A stretch of DNA of 64,000 nucleotides from NCBI GenBank assembly GCA_965217775.1, contig CBDCJH010000002.1, positions 5,024,001 through 5,088,000 on the forward strand, given 5' to 3'. A model generated the notes under the pieces. It did not search any database. It saw nothing but the letters and a program-made list of their open reading frames with translations, and was not told where the DNA came from. Positions 10,103 through 17,394 of this stretch are shown one piece after another. The translations under genes were made by a program, and so were the position numbers. Origin of the DNA: Acidobacteriota bacterium (lineage in GTDB: Bacteria; Acidobacteriota; UBA6911; RPQK01; JAJDTT01). How positions within the stretch are numbered: the stretch's first letter is position 1; each line of letters starts with the position of its first letter.

Positions 10103-10384
10103 TCAGCTCTCCTTCTTGGCGTCAGCCTTGGGGGCCGCACTCTCGGCGGCGGCTTTGGCCGGTTCCTTCTTGGCGGTTTCGGTTTCCTTCTGCGAGGCGG
10201 TGTCCTTGCGGGCGTAGTCGGTCACGTACCAACCCGATCCCTTGAACTGGATACTCGGCGCCGAGATCAGCTTCTCAAGCGTCCCGCCGCAAGAAGTGCA
10301 CGTCTCCAGGGGCGGATCCGACAAGCGCTGAAGCGCTTCGATCGTCTCTCCGCAACTGTCGCAAGCATACTCGTAAAGTGGCAT
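10103..10384 (-). CDS. FmdB-family zinc-ribbon protein
   Basis: MPLYEYACDSCG...CTSCGG...FKGSGWYVTDY. Confidence 0.9.
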   Translation of the reverse strand: MPLYEYACDSCGETIEALQRLSDPPLETCTSCGGTLEKLISAPSIQFKGSGWYVTDYARKDTASQKETETAKKEPAKAAAESAAPKADAKKES

Positions 10385-10540
10385 CGTGGCACCCGCAAAC
10401 AATCCCGCCAAAAACCGTAGAATATAGCAACCCTTTCCGTCTTTTGCCACGGTGCGCGGCCGTCCCGTCTCAGTCGGCCTCGCCGCTCACCCGTCACGCC
10501 TCATTCCTCTTTCCCCTTCTCTTTGAGATACTGGCCCCCG

Positions 10541-11884
10541 ATGTTGGATCGGGGATTCATCAGGGGCAATCTGGAGCAGGTCGAGACCAGGTTGAAGACA
10601 CGCGGCTTTTCCTTGGCTGTCGAGGAGTTTCGGTCTCTGGACGCTCGCGAGCGGGCGGTCCGGATCGAAGCCGAGGAACTGAGGGCGGGCCGCAACCGAA
10701 CCAGCCACGAGATCGCACGGCGGCGCAAGCGGGGCGACGACGCCAGTTCCCAGATCCGGGATATGAGGCGGGTGTCCGCCCGGATCAAGGAGTTGGATGA
10801 GCGGTTGACCGATCTTGGGAGCCGGATGGAAGTGTTCCTTTCCCGGATCCCGAATCTGCCGGCCGAGGGGGTTCCGGCGGGGAAAGACAGCGCCGCCAAC
10901 GAAGTCGTCCGTGTCGTGGGCGACCCGCCCGAGTTCTCCTTTCCCATCCGGGACCATGTCGAGCTGGGAGCCCGCCTGGGCATCCTGGACCTGGAGCGGG
11001 CCAGCAAGATCGCCGGCGCCCGATTCAGCCTCTATTCCGGCGGCGGCGCCCTGCTGGAGCGGGCGCTCATCAACATGATGCTGGATCTGCACACCCGTTC
11101 CCATGGATACACGGAGATGGTCCCTCCCTTCATGGCGAATCGCGCCAGCTTCTTCGGGACCGGAAACCTCCCCAAGTTCGAGGAAGACCTGTTCCGGGTG
11201 GCGGATTCCGATTACTTTCTCGTCCCCACCGCCGAGGTGCCGCTGACCAATGTCTTTGCCGGCGAGATCCTGGAGGAGGATGACCTGCCCATCGACCTCA
11301 CGGCCTACACGCCCTGCTTCCGGAGCGAGGCCGGCTCTTACGGCAAGGACACCCGGGGGCTGATCCGCCTGCACCAGTTCAACAAGGTCGAGCTGGTCAA
11401 GCTCACGCGGCCGGAAGACTCGTCCCGGCAATTGGAGCAACTGACAAGTCACGCCGAAGCCGTTCTCAAAGCGCTGGGGATCCCCTACCGGGTCGTGGTG
11501 CTTTCCACCGGCGACATGGGATTCAGCGCGGCCAAGACCTACGACCTGGAAGTGTGGGTCCCCAGCCAGAACACTTATCGGGAGATTTCCTCCTGCAGCA
11601 ACTTCACCGACTTCCAGGCTCGGCGCTGCAGGATTCGTTACCGCCCGGCTCAGGGCTCGGGAAACCGGCTGGTCCACACCCTGAACGGGTCCGGACTGGC
11701 AGTCGGGCGGACCTGGGTCGCCCTGCTGGAGAATTTCCAGGAGGAGGACGGAAGCGTTCGGATTCCGGAGGCGCTCCGCCCCTATATGCATGGACTGGAG
11801 CGTTTGGTGCCGGGGGGGGCGTTCGGGATGAACACGGCGCGCCGGAGCCGCCGGATCGACCCGGGAGCGTTCCTGAAGAGATGA
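10541..11884 (+). CDS. serS: Serine--tRNA ligase
   Basis: [37 protein letters not shown] and [13 protein letters not shown] motifs. Confidence 0.97.
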   Translation: MLDRGFIRGNLEQVETRLKTRGFSLAVEEFRSLDARERAVRIEAEELRAGRNRTSHEIARRRKRGDDASSQIRDMRRVSARIKELDERLTDLGSRMEVFLSRIPNLPAEGVPAGKDSAANEVVRVVGDPPEFSFPIRDHVELGARLGILDLERASKIAGARFSLYSGGGALLERALINMMLDLHTRSHGYTEMVPPFMANRASFFGTGNLPKFEEDLFRVADSDYFLVPTAEVPLTNVFAGEILEEDDLPIDLTAYTPCFRSEAGSYGKDTRGLIRLHQFNKVELVKLTRPEDSSRQLEQLTSHAEAVLKALGIPYRVVVLSTGDMGFSAAKTYDLEVWVPSQNTYREISSCSNFTDFQARRCRIRYRPAQGSGNRLVHTLNGSGLAVGRTWVALLENFQEEDGSVRIPEALRPYMHGLERLVPGGAFGMNTARRSRRIDPGAFLKR

Positions 11885-12831
11885 TCGGTTTCAATCTGGA
11901 CAAATCCGTCCGGCTCACTTTCTACGAGCAGATCAAGGGGCAGCTCCTCTCGGCCATCTACTGCGGCAAGATTCGAGCGGGTGATCGGCTCCCGTCGATC
12001 CGGGAGGTGTCCGATCATCTGGGAATCAACTACAAGACGACCCGCAAGATCTACCTGAAATTGGCCGAAGAGAATTATCTGGGGATCGTGAAGGGAAGCG
12101 GGGCATTCCTGAAGGAACGGAGCGGCGCGGCCTCCTATGAGCAGATGCGGCGGCGGGCGGTCTTCAAGCTGCTGGGGGAGGTGTCCGCCAAGGCCAGGAG
12201 CCTGGGCCTCTCCCCGGACAGGTTCAGCGGCCTGCTGGACGCCTACTGGAACGGGACCGATCTGCGCGAGTTGCATCTGGCCGTCGTGGACCACGAAGAG
12301 GAAGCGTACGTCTTCTCCCGGGAGCTGGAGCTTCGCATGCAGGGGGTGCGGGCCCGGAGCGTTTCGTTGGACGACGTCGACAGCGAGGCCGCCCGGACGC
12401 TCCTCAGGGACAGCGAGTTCCTGCTGACGACCAGTTACCACCTGGAGGAAGTCAAGGAGTTGACCCGCCGCTTTGGAAAGAAGCTGGTGGAGATCAAGCC
12501 CAGCCACGAGATCTATCGTGAGGTCCTGAGTGCGGCCCGTCACGAGAACGTGGCCATCGTGGTGCGGGATGAGGACACCCTGCATGCTTCCTGGGACGTC
12601 TTCATGAACATCTATCACCCGTCGACGGAGATGAAGTTCTGGATCGCTCCCATTTCCAGGCAGGACCTGATCGAGAAGATCGTCCGGGATGCGGACCTGA
12701 TTTTCGTTTCTCCCATGTGCTGGGACGAGATGCGAAAGCGGACGCCTCCGGCGAAGACGCTGAAGACGTACGATAAATTCATTTCCCAAGAGACCATCGA
12801 CCAGCTCCGAGCGCTCCAGCTCTTGGGGTAG
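11881..12831 (+). CDS. GntR-family transcriptional regulator with a long C-terminal domain
   Basis: YEQIKGQL...[11 protein letters not shown] winged HTH; ATG overlaps the serS stop (ATGA). Confidence 0.85.
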   Translation: MIGFNLDKSVRLTFYEQIKGQLLSAIYCGKIRAGDRLPSIREVSDHLGINYKTTRKIYLKLAEENYLGIVKGSGAFLKERSGAASYEQMRRRAVFKLLGEVSAKARSLGLSPDRFSGLLDAYWNGTDLRELHLAVVDHEEEAYVFSRELELRMQGVRARSVSLDDVDSEAARTLLRDSEFLLTTSYHLEEVKELTRRFGKKLVEIKPSHEIYREVLSAARHENVAIVVRDEDTLHASWDVFMNIYHPSTEMKFWIAPISRQDLIEKIVRDADLIFVSPMCWDEMRKRTPPAKTLKTYDKFISQETIDQLRALQLLG

Positions 12832-12871
12832 CGGTCGAGGGCAACCGGCCGCTCCCACGGCAGGCAATGGA

Positions 12872-13960
12872 ATGATCGATCGGGAAAGCCGCATCGCGCG
12901 GCCGAACTCTCCGCGGAAACCGGTCTCCGAGCGGTATGTTCGGAGTCTCCCCAAGGCCGAGCTGCATCTTCATCTCGAGGGCAGCGTCGGGCCTGAGCGG
13001 CTCCATGCCCTCGCCTGCAAGTACGGTACGGAATACGCTTCCCTGAGCGTCGCCGAGTTGACCGAGAAACTCTACCGGTACGGGAGCCTCCATGAATTCC
13101 TGGGCGCCTTCAAGGTGGTTTGCCAACACTTGCGGGGCAAGGAGGACTATGCCGGCATCCTGGAGGACTTGGCCGGGAGTCTCCTCCGGCAGGGTGTCTT
13201 CTATGCGGAGATCACCTACGCTCCGTCCATTCCCTGGATCTGGGGCCGGGACGGCCGGGAAATCCTGCAGCAGCTATTGAAAACAGGATCCCGGTTCGAG
13301 GAGAAGGGTCTGGTCATTCGCTGGGTGCTGGACTGCGTTCGCCAGTTCGGCTTGGAAGCAGCCTGGAGGACGGCCCGGCTGGCGGCGGAGCACCGGAGCA
13401 GGGGCGTCGTGGCGTTGGGGATGGGAGGGGACGAATTGTCCCTCCCCCTGATCGAGTATCGCGATGTCTTTCTCTGGGCCAAGGCCCATGAGATCTACAT
13501 CCATATCCACGCCGGCGAGATCGGCGAGCCGGATCAGATCTGGAGCGCCCTCAAGGACCTGGGCGCGAACCGGATCGGACACGGCGTCCAGGCGGCCCGG
13601 GACCCGCGCCTGATCGAGTATCTTCGGGAGCATGCCGTCGGGTTGGACGTCTGCCTCACCAGCAACCTCAGGACCCGGGCGTGGGCCCCGCTGTCCCAGC
13701 ATCCCTTTCCCCTCTTGTACCGCCGCGGGGTTCCGGTGACCCTGAACACGGACGATCCCGGCCTGTTCCGGACCAGCTTGACCCAGGAGTACCTGAAGGC
13801 CTCGAGGATCTTCGGACTGACGGCACAGGACCTTCAACGGGTCGCGCTGCAGGCGGTTCGGTGTTCCTTCCTGCCCCACGAGGCCAAGATGGCCCACATG
13901 CAGCGGATTCAGGACCGGATGGAGCCGGGCGGAATTCCGCAACCGGGCCACCGGCTGTGA
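12872..13960 (+). CDS. add: Adenosine/adenine deaminase
   Basis: PKAELHLHLEGS, HAGE, RIGHG and NTDDPG motifs. Confidence 0.92.
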   Translation: MIDRESRIARPNSPRKPVSERYVRSLPKAELHLHLEGSVGPERLHALACKYGTEYASLSVAELTEKLYRYGSLHEFLGAFKVVCQHLRGKEDYAGILEDLAGSLLRQGVFYAEITYAPSIPWIWGRDGREILQQLLKTGSRFEEKGLVIRWVLDCVRQFGLEAAWRTARLAAEHRSRGVVALGMGGDELSLPLIEYRDVFLWAKAHEIYIHIHAGEIGEPDQIWSALKDLGANRIGHGVQAARDPRLIEYLREHAVGLDVCLTSNLRTRAWAPLSQHPFPLLYRRGVPVTLNTDDPGLFRTSLTQEYLKASRIFGLTAQDLQRVALQAVRCSFLPHEAKMAHMQRIQDRMEPGGIPQPGHRL

Positions 13961-13984
13961 GAGAATGGAGGCCACTAACGCGCC

Positions 13985-14211
13985 GGAGGAGTGGCCGAGT
14001 GGCTTAACAGCCCGTGGCAAAAGTCATCACGGCATTCGGCCGTCCCTGCATCGTGCGCGGACGGCGTTGCGATTCGGGCACATACTCCCGGTATGCACCC
14101 GAATCGCGCCTTGTCCGGCGGGCGCAGGAACGGTCTCGGTGCTCGCGGGACTTTCACCACGGACTGTTAAGGCGGCGGTCTTGAAAACCGCTGTGTCCGG
14201 AAGGGCACCGT
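13985..14211 (+). pseudogene. Disrupted tRNA-Ser(TGA) copy: MITE in the D-loop, T-arm and 3' acceptor strand missing
   Basis: GGAGGAGTGGCCGAGTGGCTTAA-[159 bp]-TTAAGGCGGCGGTCTTGAAAACCGC...GCACCGT, followed by unrelated sequence. Confidence 0.9.
14008..14166 (+). mobile_element. MITE family A, copy 1 (159 bp), TTAA target duplication
   Basis: Imperfect 18-bp terminal inverted repeats CAGCCCGTGGCAAAAGTC / GACTTTCACCACGGACTG; flanked by TTAA on both sides; the empty site is visible in the intact tRNA. Confidence 0.93.
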
Positions 14212-14369
14212 CAACATCTGTGAAGCGAAGACATTACAAGGAGATCCGACGCGGCATCCGAGTGGTGGGGGTCTTTCCCAACCAAGCTTCGGTCCTGCGA
14301 TTGAAATCAGCAGTGCTGGGGGGAATTCACGAGGAGTTGACAATCGACCGACACTATACCAAATCCTAG
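14212..14369 (+). pseudogene. IS256-family transposase C-terminal remnant
   Basis: Translates to KEIRRGIRVVGVFPNQASVLRL..AVL..IHEE, which resembles the IS256/Mutator C-terminal EIRRR.RVVG.FPN..S.LRL pattern. Confidence 0.75.
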
Positions 14370-14509
14370 TAATTGGAGTGCCGCGAAGAAAACTGTTTCC
14401 CGGACAAATCACAAAATATTAGTTGTGTGATCAATGTTGCTTGACGTACTTATCGAGTATATTGATTCTCTCCGCTTTCTGATGAACGGCGGGTCGTCTT
14501 CGAGGCTCA

Positions 14510-14941
14510 GTGAATCAAATGCGGCTTGAGGCGATATTGATCTGCGACAAGGTCGTTCGTGAGGACAACGGCAAGATCCATCTCCAAGGGATTTATGATC
14601 GTGTTATTGTTAACCAGATACCGGCGATTCATCCAGAAATGTATCTGTTTTCCCGTTTTACCGTTGAATTGGCAGACAGGGCAGACGGGGGTAACGACGT
14701 ACTCAGAGCGGAGCTGATCCACCCAGACGGGAGTACCGAACAGCTTCCGACGCCAAAGCCGAAAGTCGCGAGTACGGGAAGAGTCCAAATTATTGTACGA
14801 CTAATGCGACTTCCCTTGCGCTATCTGGGGCAGTATTTGTTTCGGATAAATTTCAACGAGATCGAAGTGGGATTGATTGGATTTGAAGTATGCGGATCGT
14901 CAATTGTTCCGGAGGTCAGGCATGACACAAGAGTCCAGTAA
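14510..14941 (+). CDS. Hypothetical beta-rich protein (DUF6941-like), gene 1 of the low-GC cassette
   Basis: AILICDKVVREDNGKIHLQGIYDR N-terminus and GQYLFRINFN C-terminus resemble DUF6941 proteins (recalled, not searched). Confidence 0.65.
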   Translation: MNQMRLEAILICDKVVREDNGKIHLQGIYDRVIVNQIPAIHPEMYLFSRFTVELADRADGGNDVLRAELIHPDGSTEQLPTPKPKVASTGRVQIIVRLMRLPLRYLGQYLFRINFNEIEVGLIGFEVCGSSIVPEVRHDTRVQ

Positions 14942-15404
14942 TCTTCAAGATGCAGGAGCCATCATCTTCCGATTCTTCGGGTCGTTAGGAGAGCCGACTG
15001 TCCGACACGGCTTGGCAGATGAAATGATTATCGAAACCAGGAAGACATGGGGGCCTTTAAAAGTAACCAAAATAATGCCCACAGCAACCGTTGCCACCGA
15101 GGCGACAGAGATCGACACAGAAGACCTTCATGAATTCAAAGGTGAATTAGCTGCGCTTAGCGAGGACGTGATTGCCATTCAGTCAGACACGGGGGAGTAT
15201 GGTGAGAGGCATATCACAACCTTTATCCTCGAAAAATCAGAACCATTAAGTCTACAAATAATCAATATTGAGGCCAAAATAATTCGGAAATATCCCCAGC
15301 GAGACTACAGTTTCCACATCCGAACGACACCGAAAGACAAGGATGGGAAGTTCTTGCTTCCTTCGGGCTCTTACTACCTAATGACTTGGCAAAGTCGATC
15401 TTAA
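14922..15404 (+). CDS. Hypothetical protein, possibly a degenerate nucleotidyltransferase-like antitoxin; gene 2 of the cassette
   Basis: GGAGG SD before ATG 14922; overlaps gene 1; C-terminal alpha/beta segment (IINIEAKIIRKYPQRDYSFHI). Function is inferred from its position before the HEPN-like gene. Confidence 0.55.
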   Translation: MTQESSNLQDAGAIIFRFFGSLGEPTVRHGLADEMIIETRKTWGPLKVTKIMPTATVATEATEIDTEDLHEFKGELAALSEDVIAIQSDTGEYGERHITTFILEKSEPLSLQIINIEAKIIRKYPQRDYSFHIRTTPKDKDGKFLLPSGSYYLMTWQSRS

Positions 15405-15407
15405 GAG

Positions 15408-15797
15408 ATGGCTTCTATTCAGGATCACCTGGATTCAATCAGGCACAATGAACAATTCCTCCAGTTCCTGCGGGCTGACGGCCACTATTCAAGGTGGGCG
15501 GTGGTTGTCGTATTCTACATAGCCGTTCACTATGGGAGGGCCTTGATGGCGGTTTCAGGAATTCAGATACGTCATCATGGCCATTTCGAGACGGAATTCT
15601 TACGCATTTTCAATGATGTCCAGTGTTATGAACACATCAGGATTCTCAAGGATTATTCAGAAGCCGCCCGATACGACAACCGGCATTTTTCATGGCGAGA
15701 GGTAGGGGAGCTATATACTGGTAGGCTGAAGGATTTCAAGTCTTGCATCCGAAGATTTGGGGAAAAAGTTGGTCTCGATCTTCGCCGAGTGCCGTAG
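15408..15797 (+). CDS. HEPN-like helical protein; gene 3 of the cassette
   Basis: 129 aa; W.VVVVFYIAVH, a central HH.H and SEAARYD match the HEPN layout (FY.A.H...H...R/S..ARY). Confidence 0.65.
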   Translation: MASIQDHLDSIRHNEQFLQFLRADGHYSRWAVVVVFYIAVHYGRALMAVSGIQIRHHGHFETEFLRIFNDVQCYEHIRILKDYSEAARYDNRHFSWREVGELYTGRLKDFKSCIRRFGEKVGLDLRRVP

Positions 15798-15837
15798 CGC
15801 GTGTGGCCGTAAGGGGTTTTTGCCCCACAAACTCCCT

Positions 15838-15975
15838 CTACCGAAGCCGCTCTCCCTCCTTCCCGTGCATCATCTCACTCATCTCGTCAATTGTGTCCAG
15901 TTCTCGAAAATTGTTACGGTCCGAGAACTCGTTAGCGTATCTCTGAAGATATTTGGCTCTCGGGCTGTGCCGTAG
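15838..15975 (-). pseudogene. IS1595-family transposase C-terminal remnant
   Basis: AKYLQRYANEFSDRNNFRELDTIDEMSEMMHGKEGERLR resembles the IS1595 end K.LQRY..EF..R.N.R..DTID.M....GM.GKRL. Confidence 0.72.
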
Positions 15976-16107
15976 TGGACTCTCTTCAACAAAGATGAAA
16001 ACAATACTCAGAAGTCGGCTTGGCACATGGTCCGCCGGATTCGACGCGGTTGGAACGTGAACCTGGAAGAGAGATTCGACGGTCCGGTAGAATCGGATCC
16101 AGTGCCC

Positions 16108-16246
16108 CAGGACCGGATGGAGCCGGGCGGAATTCCGCAAACGGGCCGCCGGCTGTGAGAGAATGGAGGCCACTAACGCGCCGGAGGAGTGGCCGAGTGG
16201 CTTAAGGCGGCGGTCTTGAAAACCGCTGTGTCCGGAAGGGCACCGT
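16108..16246 (+). repeat. Right copy of the 139-bp direct repeat
   Basis: Matches 13910-14211 minus the MITE. Confidence 0.93.
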
Positions 16247-16272
16247 GGGTTCGAATCCTACCTCCTCCGCCA
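16183..16272 (+). tRNA. tRNA-Ser (anticodon TGA), intact, 90 nt, CCA encoded
   Basis: Acceptor stem GGAGGAG/CTCCTCC; anticodon arm GCGGT-CTTGAAA-ACCGC; long variable arm; GGTTCGAATCC T-arm; GCCA end. Confidence 0.96.
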
Positions 16273-16342
16273 TCTCATGGTTCAGCATCCGCAATTGCGC
16301 GAACGGTTTGCGGGGCCGGAAGGGCCCGGGCTACGAGACCTC
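16256..16342 (+). repeat. Left copy of an 87-bp diverged direct repeat (tRNA 3' end + downstream)
   Basis: Aligns without gaps to 17308-17394. Confidence 0.88.
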
Positions 16343-16389
16343 GGCAATCGGGAAATCGACTTCGGCCAACCGCCTACACTCGCGGGGAA

Positions 16390-16690
16390 TCACAGTATGC
16401 CCTCAACCCACCGAACGACCCGATCGGCCAGCTTGACGGCTTCGCGGTGGTCGTTGTCCGTGACCGGCCTCGTATGCCCCGGATACCGGGTAACTGCTGC
16501 ATACCGGGTCAGGGTTGCAGCGTCGAAGACCTCGGCCGGGACATCTACTCCCGCTTCCTCGACGAGCGATAGGAGGGCCGCCAGATCGTGAATGAACGGA
16601 TGTTGTAAGCCACGCGCCAGCCAGATTGCTGTGGGCTCGGTTCATCCACTCACGCGGGTCGTCGTGCAGGAATCGCTCACGCGGCCTCAT
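16390..16690 (-). pseudogene. HEPN-domain toxin with an internal deletion and frameshift
   Basis: MRPRERFLHDDPREWMNRAHSNLA, then in another frame PFIHDLAALLSLVEEAG...LTRYAAVTRYPG...VVRWVEGIL*. The usual CF.AQQAAEKA.KA segment is absent. Confidence 0.8.
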
Positions 16691-17000
16691 AGACCACCCG
16701 TCCCTCGCGCAGGGCCTTCCGAATCACCATGCCGTAGCTGTCGCGGTAGCGCTCCAGGTCGGCGGGGGATGCCACGATAGCGTCGACTGCCGCCCCGACG
16801 CCGCGCAGGTTCAGATAGATGTCACCCATGAGATCCAGGGCGTCGACCCCGGCCCGGACCACCAGCAGATCGAGATCGCTGTGGGGCCCCATTCGCCCTC
16901 GCGCTGCGGAACCGAACAGAATGATCTTCTCCGGTTGTGCCACCTGCACAACACGCCGAATCACCTCGTCCAGTACCGCCTGATCTACCGTTCCGTTCAT
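16677..17000 (-). CDS. Minimal nucleotidyltransferase (MNT) antitoxin
   Basis: IILFGSAARG...SDLDLLVV motif; SD GGAG; TATAAT at 17036-17031. Confidence 0.9.
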   Translation of the reverse strand: MNGTVDQAVLDEVIRRVVQVAQPEKIILFGSAARGRMGPHSDLDLLVVRAGVDALDLMGDIYLNLRGVGAAVDAIVASPADLERYRDSYGMVIRKALREGRVVYEAA

Positions 17001-17141
17001 CTCAGTCTCCAGTCAGCGCGTCAACGGGCCATTATACGAGAGCATCGCCACTAGCGCCCGAGGTGGAGGGCAGGACTTGGGACAACTCAAGAAACAAATA
17101 AACCAAATTACTTTATGTAAAATTGTTTACGGTGGACATAT

Positions 17142-17300
17142 CAGCCCGTGGCAAAAGTCATCACGGCATTCGACCGTCCCTGCATCGTGCGCGGACGGCG
17201 TTGCGATTCGGGCACATACTCCCGGTATGCACCCGAATCGCGCCTTGTCCGGCGGGCGCAGGAACGGTCTCGGTGCTCGCGGGACTTTCACCACGGACTG
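17142..17300 (+). mobile_element. MITE family A, copy 2 (159 bp), ATAT target duplication
   Basis: Nearly identical to copy 1; ATAT on both flanks. Confidence 0.93.
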
Positions 17301-17307
17301 ATATCGT

Positions 17308-17394
17308 TCCTGCCTCCTCCGCCACCTCATGGTTCAGCATCCACGGTTGTGCGAACGGTTTGCGGGGCTGAAAGGTTCCGGGCTACGAGACCTC
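17308..17394 (+). repeat. Right copy of the 87-bp repeat (att-like tRNA-Ser 3' fragment + putA stop region)
   Basis: TCCTGCCTCCTCCGCCACCTCATGGTTCAGCATCC...GGGCTACGAGACCTC. Confidence 0.88.

Larger units (their letters stand above)
13910..14211 (+). repeat. Left copy of a 139-bp direct repeat (add 3' end + promoter + 5' two-thirds of tRNA-Ser), interrupted by a MITE
   Basis: After removing 14008-14170 it matches 16108-16246, with 2 mismatches seen by eye. Confidence 0.93.

Noticed and set aside
14008-14166. Insert in tRNA-Ser as a self-splicing or archaeal-type intron
   Set aside because: It has terminal inverted repeats, a 4-bp duplication and copies outside tRNAs, and the host tRNA copy lacks its 3' end anyway.
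13965-14369. 134-aa ORF spanning the broken tRNA
   Set aside because: It is a chimeric read-through of tRNA fragment, MITE and IS256 remnant, not a real gene.
17096-17123. dif-like site (TTATGTAAAAT resembles a XerD arm)
   Set aside because: The left arm AAATAAACCAA does not fit a XerC arm; only a half-site match in AT-rich DNA.
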